Assembly: GCF_001194135.2 (NCBI RefSeq) | Contig: NC_068986.1 | Span: 52,971,612-53,023,810, forward strand | DNA from: Octopus bimaculoides | Taxonomy: Eukaryota | Reading direction: 5' to 3' | DNA length: 52,199 bases | Part shown: piece after piece, positions 12,054 to 21,990 of the stretch | Numbering within the stretch: position 1 is the stretch's first letter | How the letters are laid out: the number at the start of each line of letters is the position of its first letter | Made by a program: the position numbers and the translations under genes | Notes under the pieces: model-generated | Database searches by the model: none | The model's input: the letters and a program-made list of their open reading frames with translations, nothing else | Told to the model about the DNA's origin: nothing

Positions 12054-14204
12054 TATTAAATGCAAGCATTTGACCTCAATTAAATGCAAGCGTTTAACGC
12101 AAGTCTTGCATTTGTAATATGGTTCCCTGACGATAAATTTATGTGCATATTCCAGAACCTCTCACTTCTTTGGAGTAGGGTGCACATAATTTTTAAAAAC
12201 ATATGTAGGAATTAAAGGAAGTTATTGATTACATGCGTTTTGCTCCATTTATTANNNNNNNNNNNNNNNNNNNNNNNNNNNNNNNNNNNNNNNNNNNNNN
12301 NNNNNNNNNNNNNNNNNNNNNNNNNNNNNNNNNNNNNNNNNNNNNNNNNNNNNNNNNNNNNNNNNNNNNNNNNNNNNNNNNNNNNNNNNNNNNNNNNNNN
12401 NNNNNNNNNNNNNNNNNNNNNNNNNNNNNNNNNNNNNNNNNNNNNNNNNNNNNNNNNNNNNNNNNNNNNNNNNNNNNNNNNNNNNNNNNNNNNNNNNNNN
12501 NNNNNNNNNNNNNNNNNNNNNNNNNNNNNNNNNNNNNNNNNNNNNNNNNNNNNNNNNNNNNNNNNNNNNNNNNNNNNNNNNNNNNNNNNNNNNNNNNNNN
12601 NNNNNNNNNNNNNNNNNNNNNTATATATACAGATACATAGATACAGTGACAGATAAACATGTTATATATATGTGTATATATATGCGTACACGTATGTACA
12701 TTTATATCGAGAGAGAGAGACACACACACATACACATAAATACGCGTATATATATATACATCTATACATATATATGCACATACACACGTGAATATATGTA
12801 TGTGTATCTGTACTAAAATCGACAGGTATGTGGATTGAAATGTTGTATAATTAGAAATAATATGATACGGAAAGTTGTATGGGTGGAATATATAGCGAAT
12901 TTTGGAAAATACGGATGAGTAAAAAACGTAATAGTGAAGAGAAGAAAGAATCGCAAAATCAAAAAGAAAAGATAAATTATGCTTTGCAAATATATGAAAA
13001 AAAAATTATATGATGTCACATTAGATATAAAAAAAAAGACAGAGATAAGGAAGGAAGTGAAAAGATTCTAAATACAGAAAGGGAGAATCTAAGAAAGTCA
13101 TTGTTCACGCATTTTGCAAAAATATGCACGAAATAATACACATTGCAAGAAACAATGACATCCAATTAGGAGATGTATAATCATGGGTCTCTTTCCGTCT
13201 CCATCAATCCCTTCTCGCTCTCTTCTCTCATTATATATATATATATATATATATNNNNNNNNNNNNNNNNNNNNNNNNNNNNNNNNNNNNNNNNNNNNNN
13301 NNNNNNNNNNNNNNNNNNNNNNNNNNNNNNNNNNNNNNNNNNNNNNNNNNNNNNNNNNNNNNNNNNNNNNNNNNNNNNNNNNNNNNNNNNNNNNNNNNNN
13401 NNNNNNNNNNNNNNNNNNNNNNNNNNNNNNNNNNNNNNNNNNNNNNNNNNNNNNNNNNNNNNNNNNNNNNNNNNNNNNNNNNNNNNNNNNNNNNNNNNNN
13501 NNNNNNNNNNNNNNNNNNNNNNNNNNNNNNNNNNNNNNNNNNNNNNNNNNNNNNNNNNNNNNNNNNNNNNNNNNNNNNNGTGTGTTTTAGTGTATGAAGT
13601 ATATGTATACGCACATATATATATAGCTCTAAAATTCATATGAACCTAACAGAGTACATCTGAACTCTTCCCTCTCTCTTTCTCTCTCTCTCTCTCACTC
13701 TCTCTCTCTCACTCTCTCTCTCTCCTTGAATGTGAATGTATGCATGTATGTATGTATATATGTATGTATGTATGTATGTATGTAAATAAAAATTACGCAC
13801 ACACATAACAGAGACATCACAAATGAATAATTAGGCTGTGTGTACTATGTTCCTAAAAATTTTGATAGTTTCGAAGTATTGAGGAAGTATTACTACCTTA
13901 GTGAGTCAACTAGCTATAGTGTACGATTTTCAGGCAATTAATGAAGTCGAAACAAGTCACATGATTAAGGTAAAACAAGGGATGGAATCTTCATGGCGTA
14001 GAAGGGTGGTTAGGGTGGATTAAGTTTTAAGATATGCGATTAACAGGAAAAAAAAATGCGAGAAATGTCCTCATTTCCATTAAATCAATTGTCTATGGAT
14101 GGCATTCGATGCTTTGTTGACGCTGTTAAGGCGGCAATTCAATAACGCTTCTTTTATACTTAATTTGGTCTACACATCAACATTGTACTTGTGTTAAATT
14201 ATCG

Positions 14205-14428
14205 AATTATCTTGAATGGCTTCAAATTTTGGCACAGGGTTAGCAACTTTTGAAAGGAGGAGACATCGATGACAACGACCCAGTGCTCACTCAAAGGGTA
14301 CTTATTTTATTGACCCCGAAAGGCAAAGTCGACCTCGGCAGAATTAGAACTCAGAAAATAAAGGCGGATGAAATGCCGCTAAGAATTTTGCCCGGCATGC
14401 TAACGATTCTGCCAGCTCGCCACTCTTA
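14205..14428 (-). mobile_element. SINE family A
   Basis: Aligns over its length with 14643-14858 in opposite orientation. Confidence 0.88.
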
Positions 14429-14642
14429 AATAGACGTTAAATATTGAAAACAAGGTTTTCTTTAAATTATCTAAAAAGTGTGCGTGTGAGTATGGCATTA
14501 CGATAATGTTAGACATTAATGATTTTGCTAACCTGTTTGTTACCATATTTCTATTGAAATACAATGCCTACGTTTCATTAAAGTTTTGAGACAACGAATG
14601 ATTTTGTGAAACACCAGTCATTATTAAAGAGGTGTTTGTTAA

Positions 14643-14858
14643 AGCGGTGGGCTGGCAGAATCGTTAGCACGCCGGGCAAAATCTATACGGCATTTCGTCC
14701 CTCTTTACTTTCTGAGTTCAAATTCCGCTGAAGTCTACTTTGCCTTTCATCCTTTCGGGGTCGATAAAATAAGTACCAGTTGAATAATGGTTGTCGGTGT
14801 AATCAACTTTCCCCCTCCCTCGAAGTTGCTGGCCTTGTACGAAAATTTGAAATCATTA
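14643..14858 (+). mobile_element. SINE family A
   Basis: gcggtgggctggcagaatcgttagcacgccgggc...ttctgagttcaaattccg...ggccttgtacgaaaatttgaaatcattat. Confidence 0.9.
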
Positions 14859-15204
14859 TCAGGGTGATGCTTGAAACAAATGTTAACATAAAAGTTTGAT
14901 AGATTTTTATTTAGTTTGATAGACTTTTATTTAGATAGCTTTAAAACAAGCAGTTTGTGTTATAGGATCAAGGGACGGTCTCAGGCGGTTTGATACCAAA
15001 AGGGTGAATGAAAATAATGGTATACTTCTTGTAAAATCAAATATTCAATAATTATTTTAAGCAAATGTCTCTTACAAATTGTCGCCAGTACATTGAAGTT
15101 TCGACAACATAATGGTAGTTGGATATTCATAAGATTCCAGACATCTAATAAAATATGCCATGCTAAGCATATAACAGTATATGTTCGTAGAATCTACGAG
15201 AGGT

Positions 15205-15350
15205 CTCTAAGTAACCGTTCGACATTACAAGAAATATAAGACAAATCTCCCTTAAATCTTACTCGTGAAAAAGGGAAAGATATCAGAGCATGTAGTCAAG
15301 AAATAGCTGCGATGATCACAGCTGCAATTCCATAAAGGGCTGACTTGGAA
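15205..15350 (+). repeat. Interspersed repeat family E fragment (unclassified, probably a retroposon 3' end)
   Basis: caaatctcccttaaatc...atgtagtc motif. Similar pieces on the minus strand at ~15480-15645, ~38050-38190 and ~46255-46385. Confidence 0.45.
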
Positions 15351-15943
15351 ATTATTAAATAGCAATAGCAAGAAGACTTTAGAAGATGATTTGATGTGAA
15401 GACTCATAGTTAAGTGCCTTAAACACGAAGAAATAGTATTTAACCTAGCTGTTGTTGCTGCTAGTGATGTTACTTACCTCCAGTCGGAAATATTATGAGA
15501 TCAAGTGAATCTATGGCCAAACACGATCATCCCATCTTATTTTCAACTACAATGTATCTAGAACTACATTCTCCAACATACCCAGTCTGATTTATGGTGA
15601 GAGTTTGTTAGTATTTCTTACATGTCGTGCGATTTATGAAGGGCTGCTCATGTAATGCATATTTTGTTGTTGTTTAATGTCAATCATGATCGAGAAAACA
15701 TATGCTCAAAGACATTCCAACCGTTGGAATCCTGTTGATTCTGTTTTGTTTTTTCGTTATGCGGAGAAAACAGTGGTATGGGATTTGAGGGAAATAAAAG
15801 TTCCTTCATTGGTTCGCGCAGTTCTGTGTATAACGTAGGTGACTTTTAGTACAATCTACTGAAACATACAGAAAGTATAATGTAGAGACGGAAGTTGACC
15901 TAATGTTTGTCTTACATGTGTATAAATAATTCTTTCTACCATA

Positions 15944-16115
15944 GACACAAAGCCCGAAATTCTTGAGAATCTTAGTCGATTATATTGACATAGACCTTGA
16001 AGTGTTAAAAGGTAAAGTCGATCTCGCAGGAATTTGAATTCAGAAAGTAAAACCGGAAGAAACGCCGCGAAGCATTTTGTCCGGCGTGGTAGCGATTCTA
16101 CCAGCTCACCGCCTT
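15944..16115 (-). mobile_element. SINE family A, degenerate
   Basis: aaagtcgatctcgcaggaatttgaattcagaa...gcgattctaccagctcaccgcc. Confidence 0.8.
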
Positions 16116-16527
16116 CATTCTAATGTAAATAACGTTTACTATCTATTCAGATACCGCGCTATTTCTATACGCACATCAGGGTCAACTTGCCTCCTCCAAT
16201 AAGATAAGGTACCTGTTAAATACTGGAGTGAGTGGAATGGACTTTCTTCCCTTCAAAAAAACTGGCCGTGTCCCTAAGTTGCGAACAATTACTTCTATAC
16301 GCACAGCACGATGAGAAGACAGAGCTTTTGATGTCGGAAAAAAACATTGCGGCACTTGTTCCACTTCTTTATGTTGTCTTGCCGAGGTTATCTTTACTTC
16401 TCAACAATTTATAAAATAAAATAAGGAATACTCAAATACTAGGGTTGATATAACGGATTAGCCTTCTATCCTCAAAATTTCTAACCTTGTCCTAAAATCA
16501 GAAATGAATATTTCTGTCTGAGCATTT

Positions 16528-16757
16528 AGGTGGCGGTCAGGCAGAATCGTTAGCACGCCAGGTAGAATGCTTAACGGCATTTCGTCCATTTTCACGTTCT
16601 GAGTTCAAATTCCGCCAAGGTCGACTTTACCTTTCAACCTTTAGGAGTCGATAAAATAAATGCTAGTAGATCGTTGGGTCGATGTAATCGACTTATCCTC
16701 CCCCACCCCACACACACGCAATTATTGACCATGTGCCAAAATCTAAAATCAATATTT
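16528..16757 (+). mobile_element. SINE family A
   Basis: ggcagaatcgttagcacgcc...acgttctgagttcaaattccgccaaggtcgac...gggtcgatgtaatcgactt. Confidence 0.88.
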
Positions 16758-17320
16758 CTATCCGAACAACTTGGTTGCTTCTGTTCTGCTTGTTATTTAA
16801 CAATCGCTCAGCCTGGATTTAGCAGACCTCCGAGCGATTGCCTTCTAGTCCAGTTCATTCCATTTGTCTTACCTTTTTTATTCAGATAGTGTATTTAGAA
16901 TCAATATTTGTTTCCTTTCTTTTAGACGACATTAAGGTCTTTTGGTGCTTTTTGGTCAAGCGACGTTTCCTATTTGATTTGTTTGTTCTAAACGGTACTA
17001 TGCTGAAGTAGGAATATTGCCAAATTCTGTTGGTCGATGTAATCGGGTATATAAGATTGCCAAGATTTTTGTTTTTCTTCGACGTTTCCTATATGAATGA
17101 GGTTTATATAATTCTACACTTAGATATCGAATCTCTACCATTAAACTATTCACCACGACCTCAAACGCAATATCCGGCATTAGTGTTTAGCCTTATGAGA
17201 ATTTGTATAATTAATCATTTTAATTAACCATGATTAAACAAATGAGATTGACCTGTAATAAAAAACAATAATGTTAATCATTATCATCACCGTCGTCGTC
17301 GTCATCAACATCAACATCAA

Positions 17321-17442
17321 GACAGTGAGCTTGATGAATTGGCAGCACGCCGGACAAAATATTTAATGGCATTTCATCCGTTCTGAGTTCAAATTACGCC
17401 GAGGTCGACTTTGCCCTTCATCATTTCACGGTCGATGAAATA
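17321..17442 (+). mobile_element. SINE family A, 5' half, truncated
   Basis: gttctgagttcaaattacgccgaggtcgactttgcc; homology stops at gtcgatgaaata. Confidence 0.8.
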
Positions 17443-17453
17443 CGTGCGCGGAC

Positions 17454-17530
17454 GTATATAATTCCTCATCTCTTAAATATAGAACTGACGCGTTAATATT
17501 TCTGACCACAGCTTTAAGAGGAAACGAGAT
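17454..17530 (+). repeat. Perfect 77-bp inverted copy of 17924-18000
   Basis: Base-by-base reverse-complement identity 77/77; the match fails one base beyond each end. Confidence 0.95.
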
Positions 17531-17710
17531 TGACGACCGGTGTTCGTGTGTTTACCTCCCGTAAATTAGCGGTTCGGCAAAAGATAACAATAGAATAATC
17601 ATCAGACTTTAAAAAAATAACTCCTGGAATCACTGTTCGACTAAGACCCTTCGAAGCGGTGCTCCAGCATAGCCACAGTCAAATGAGTGAAACAAGTAAA
17701 AAAATAAAAC
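17531..17710 (+). mobile_element. SINE family B, 3' half
   Basis: gtgtgtttacctcccgtaaattagcggttcggcaaaag...gcggtgctccagcatagccacagtcaaatgagtgaaacaagtaaaa. Confidence 0.8.
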
Positions 17711-18095
17711 AATTAAAGAATGTATTTACCATACCGAGAGCCCAAGTAGCTTCTGGTTACTGTTTTTATAACACACCTCACGCTTATTTCAGTTTTAGGA
17801 TGCTTCTACTTTACCTCCTAATATATCGTTGAAGGAATTCCAGTAAATTGGGTTAGTGATATTTCGGTCGTAAGTAATCGAATGTCTCTAAGAATAAGTA
17901 TAGCTGGAAGGATTGTCTTTATGATCTCGTTTCCTCTTAAAGCTGTGGTCAGAAATATTAACGCGTCAGTTCTATATTTAAGAGATGAGGAATTATATAC
18001 ATTATTTACATTATTTACATTTGACGGATATTTGTCCTCATCTTGTTTGTTGTTAACACAACATTTCGGCTGATATACCCTCCAGCCTTCATCAT

Positions 18096-18293
18096 GTATG
18101 GAAAATAGGAGACCACCTCCCCCGGTGGGATGAAATTAAAATAATAGACAGAGAACACCACTGGAAAATACGAAAACTAAAAGAAGCAGCACATATGCTA
18201 GGATACAACAACCTCCTAAGCAGACCGAGTGCAGATATGAATAGCATATGGGAACCAGTATTAAAGAAAGATAGGAGAATATTAAATTTATAA
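18096..18293 (+). pseudogene. C-terminal fragment of a Penelope-like GIY-YIG endonuclease
   Basis: Open frame VWKIGDHLPRWDEIKIIDREHHWKIRKLKEAAHMLGYNNLLSRPSADMNSIWEPVLKKDRRILNL*. It resembles the PLE pattern H..W....il..e..w..R...Ea.......lnr....l...w. No ATG, so it is absent from the ORF track. Confidence 0.75.
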
Positions 18294-18322
18294 GCCCTAA
18301 AATTCATTTCATAATTGCCCAC

Positions 18323-18395
18323 GGGCATATGGCGTAGTGATTAGGAGCGCGGGCTACTAATCCCAAGATTCCGAGTTCGATTGGAGGCAGTGACC
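18323..18395 (+). ncRNA. 73-nt tRNA-like Pol III cassette inside the Penelope 3' region
   Basis: A-box TGGCGTAGTGA, B-box GAGTTCGATT, tRNA-like spacing, partial acceptor pairing gggcata/agtgacc, followed by (ATAATT)n. It is not a canonical cloverleaf. Confidence 0.6.
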
Positions 18396-18454
18396 TGAAC
18401 AATTATAATTATAATTATAATAACATCGAAATTACGTTAGGAATGAGAACCCAA

Positions 18455-18500
18455 GACACATGATGAAGGCTGGAGGGTACCTCTGCCGAAACGTTGTGTT
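18455..18500 (+). ncRNA. Minimal type-I hammerhead-ribozyme-like motif (variant core)
   Basis: Stem I gacac/gtgtt, core aUGAUGA, one extra A, stem II ggc...gcc, GAAA, palindromic ACGU stem III and a GUU triplet. C3 is replaced by A. A second copy lies on the minus strand at ~18055-18097. Confidence 0.5.
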
Positions 18501-18589
18501 AACAAGAGACAAGATGAGGACAAATATCCGTCAAATGTAAATAATTAACGCGTCAGTAAAAATTCTTTGAAGCTTTTATTCTGACGCTT

Positions 18590-18715
18590 TAAATTCTGCA
18601 TTCAAAACCCACTGAGGTTAACTTTACTTCTGGGGTCGATAAAATACAATACCACTCAAGAACTAGGGTCGATGGTATTAACTTCCCATCCCTTTAAAAT
18701 TATTGGCCTTGTTCA
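18590..18715 (+). mobile_element. SINE family A, degenerate
   Basis: ctggggtcgataaaatacaatacc...agggtcgatggtattaactt...ttattggccttgt. Confidence 0.55.
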
Positions 18716-18739
18716 TTACTCATAAACAAAAACTATTCT

Positions 18740-20345
18740 TGTCTCCTCTGGACAGGTATATTCCAAATGACCGTGGCTAATTGTTGACACGTGTCTAATA
18801 TATACTTATACCACTTATACGTTTTCGCGTCACTGTAATATCACGCTGTGCAATATCTCCGTGGATAAACTTGCAATTAAATATAGTTAATTGTCTCATT
18901 GTACTGATTGCATATTCTACAATTGATGGTTACTCTGTTTCCTTATTTTCTTGCTTTTATTTATGGCTAAGAATCCCAAATAACTAAAATTACGCATTCC
19001 GTTCTCGGAATTCACATTTGTTTACTTCCACCCTACTGAATCTCAGAGGGGATTAGTCATGGGGTAGCTTTCTTTCTATTCTTGCTTCATAATATTTTGG
19101 AATTCAATTTTGATTTAACCTCTGATTTTTATCTGTTTCTATTATATTGTTCTTATCTAAATCCTTTTTGTCAGTATAGTTAGCTCCTAACTTGTACTTT
19201 AGTGTGTGTTTATAGAGACAGAAAAGATTTCGGAAACGCTATTATTAGTTTCCAAGTGTTTTCTGTTTGAAGCTCTTCAATTTCCAATATTATGTAAAGC
19301 TGCGATTTATAACTGCGAAAACCAATGAATTTATAAGAAGTCTCCTTGAAAGATTGCTCTTTTATGAGCATAGGTCTTAATTTAATCAAGTACTCGTTGT
19401 CTGTTAATAATATCGTTGCTTTCCATCTTGACATAGTGAAGGCGCGTGACTTAATGATTAGGCTCACCATCGTAAGGTCGTGAGTTCGATTCCCAGCGAC
19501 ATGTTGTATCCTTGAGCAAGACACTGTATTTCACGTTGCTCCAGTCCACTCGGCCGGCAAAAATGACTTGTATATGTAATTCATAGGGCCAACCATGTCA
19601 CATTCTTGTGTCAAGCTGAATCTCCCTGAAAACTACGTTCAAGGTATGCATAACTGTGGAGAGCTCATCCACTTGCACGCTAATCTCACGATCAGGCTGT
19701 TCCGTTGATCGAATCAGCGGGAACGTATGTCGTCGTAAGCGACGGAGTGCCGATTTAGTTTTTTTCCATTTTGACATGTCATGCATCACGTACCATGCTA
19801 GAATTGGTGCCATTGTACGTGTGTGTATAGAATTTCTAGTAAGCAAGAGTATGGTGTCCAAACAAAGGCTTTTCAATAGTCAATTCACACTAAACCAAGG
19901 TTTATTTTTTCTTTGTTTGCCGTCTCCTTTAACAGCCTGTTTTGACAGTAGTTTCTCTTTTCATCCATACGTCCCTTTCTGGTACCTCTTTTGCTCCTCT
20001 CGTAAGACGTTACTGCTCTCCGCGTAAGTTGTCGGCCTAATGCAGAGTAAAGACCTTAGGGAGTTATAGGTAGTTGTCATGCAAGTTATAAACTTGGGGT
20101 CCTTGGTTACTTTTGCTTACGTAAATTACATCGTTCTTCTCTGCGATAGCCAATCAAGTTTTGACTCTTGTCTTCTTACTAATTTCTTAGAAGCTACTGC
20201 TACAAATTCATGGATACCAGTAAGGCTTCAACGTGAAACTGAGGACTCTTCATTCCTAAAACCTTTGCAGTTCCTTGCAATTCTTAAGGTATTTGTGACT
20301 CCTATGCCGATTTACGGTAGTGTTGTATTTTATTCTTTGGTTCAT
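18740..20345 (-). mobile_element. Decayed RT/RLE non-LTR retrotransposon (R4/Dong-like), internally deleted and interrupted by SINE C
   Basis: Minus-strand remnants: NVLREEQKRYQKGTYG (~19964-20011), IDY*KAF, IFQGD (19340-19354), SYLGFL, CRICNQYNETINYI knuckle (18880-18921) and TVIWNIP (~18754-18774). Many stops and frameshifts. Confidence 0.7.
19438..19751 (+). mobile_element. SINE family C (tRNA head, CORE-like motif) with ~15-bp TSD
   Basis: B-box GTGAGTTCGATTCCC and CORE-like TGTATCCTTGAGCAAGACACT. Flanked by tttccat(c/t)ttgacat at 19420-19434 and 19763-19777. Confidence 0.85.
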
Positions 20346-20371
20346 TTTCCCTTTTAACCTATTGTCATATA

Positions 20372-21590
20372 TCGGGTCATCTCATAAATAATGCGGTTTT
20401 TTCAACTGCATGAACTAAAAGTCGGAGGGGGCGATATAAACTACCTGCATCAACTTGCTATAAAAGCAGGTAGTAATTTTACTTTGTACTTATTCTTAAT
20501 GCAAGTTTTGAAGAGTGCAGTTCGATTTTAACAGTTATTTTTTCAAAGCTATAATAGAAGTGACAAAGGAACATACTCGGCATATTTTGTTTTATGAGTT
20601 TAATAAAGGCAATAACGCAACAGGAAGTGAGAGGAATATTAATGCAATACATGGGAATAAGCGTAAGCCAGTGTCAATAAGCGTAAGCCAGAAATTCCGA
20701 GCCGGAAACCACAGCCTAGAAGACGCACCTCATCCTGAAATATCTTAAGAGCTCGGCAAGGACGCCCTACAAACACTGATGGAACAAAATCCCAACGTAA
20801 CTGTTGAAAAACTAACAGAGAAGCTTGGATTTAGTCATTCAATCAGTTATCGATACCTGCGTGCCATCGGAAAAGTCAGCAAAATTGAGTCAATGGGTTC
20901 CTTACATACTTCCCATGTCTAATTGCGAGCAGAGAGTGAATGTGTGCTCTTCTTTGCTGTCACGTCTCACGAATGAACTTTTTTTGGACTGAATAGTGAA
21001 TAGGTTCTCTATAAAAATGTGAAGCACCGAAGACAGTGCGTAGGGAAATGAGAAATACCGGCATCCCTGGCAAAAGAAGGTCTTCACCCACGTAAGGTGC
21101 TACCTGTTTGGTGGAATATGAAAGGTTTAGTCCATTTTGAACTTTTAAAACCAAATCAAACGGCTTAAGCCAGCGCTAGAAGAAAACGACCATCTTTGGT
21201 TTCAAAGCGAGAGATATTTTTCATCTGAACAATACTCTGCCACATACAGCGAGGATGACATTTCAAAAGCCGAAGCAGTTTGAATGGGAAACAATGCCCC
21301 ACCCACCATATTCGCCGGCCATTTCCCCATCTGATTATCATTTATTCCGCAGTCTGTAAAATTATTTGGACGGAAAAAATATGAATTCTGTAGACGAGGT
21401 CAGAACAGTAATGGAGGAATATTTTTCGTCACGGACAAATGAATTTTGAAAGAGGGGCCTTGCTAATCTACCAGATAGATGGAAGAGCATTATGGAAAAT
21501 GGAGAGTATATTTTAGATTAAAAAAGAACTTTATCTTAATTTTGAAAAATAAAAGTATAAAAAAACCGCATTATTTATGGGATAACTCAA
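20372..21590 (+). mobile_element. Mariner DNA transposon, complete ends, inactive (1,219 bp)
   Basis: TIRs tcgggtcatctcataaataatgcggttttt / aaaaaccgcattatttatgggataactcaa, with TA at 20370-71 and 21591-92. Confidence 0.93.
20554..21521 (+). pseudogene. Mariner transposase pseudogene
   Basis: Start appears mutated (ATA GAA GTG...). Remnants EVTKEHTRHILFYEFNKG, KFRAGNHSLED, WVPYIL (WVPHEL-like), HPPYSPAISPSDYHLFRSL (YSPDLAPSD-like) and terminal EYILD*. Multiple stops, frameshifts and deletions. Confidence 0.9.
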
Positions 21591-21730
21591 TATCATTGAG
21601 GTAAATGCTTTTGTCCCTTACTCTGCAATGTGTGCGTGAGCATCCGCTGATGTTGGTGTTATCTTTTATTTTATATATATAATGTTATGCCTTATTTTGT
21701 TATGCCTTATTTTGCTCTCCGTAAAATCAG

Positions 21731-21990
21731 ACAAGGGTCGGCTGAAAAGTTCATAGGCTGTCCAAGATATTCTCATGAAATGTGACTAAATGAGGTTTAT
21801 TTTTCAATATAGTCCACCACCCCTCACCCCTACCTGCTGTTCACACACTCCTTTCAACGGCGTTGCAGTGCTTGGATTCCGTTGGTGAAGAAGCTTTCAT
21901 CTTGCTGGTCAAAAAAGTGTTCACCAGCGGATTTGACGTCATCATTACTGCCATACTGGCTCCCAGTCAAGTGTTTTTTCACGTTGGCAA
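21731..21990 (-). mobile_element. 3' end of a second mariner family
   Basis: Minus strand gives NVKKHLTGSQYGSNDDVKSAGEHFFDQQDESFFTNGIQALQRR*KECV...DYIEK*. TIR-like agggtcggctgaaaagttc at ~21734 resembles the MITE ends at 31385 and 31603. Confidence 0.8.

Larger units (their letters stand above)
17971..18543 (+). mobile_element. 5'-truncated Penelope-like element with inverted pseudo-LTR and 14-bp TSD
   Basis: TSD attaacgcgtcagt at 17957-17970 and 18544-18557. Inverted arms 18010-18097 and 18458-18545 match 82/88. It encloses a GIY-YIG-type C-terminal reading frame. Confidence 0.8.

Noticed and set aside
12225-13643. ORFs of 127-168 aa, and likewise those at 28158-29123, 46682-47096, 48168-48662 and 50649-51909
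   Set aside because: They stay open only because N runs contain no stop codons.
18323-18395. Functional tRNA gene (apparent ACT anticodon)
   Set aside because: Acceptor, anticodon and T stems pair poorly and there is no long Ser variable arm. Kept only as a tRNA-like promoter cassette.
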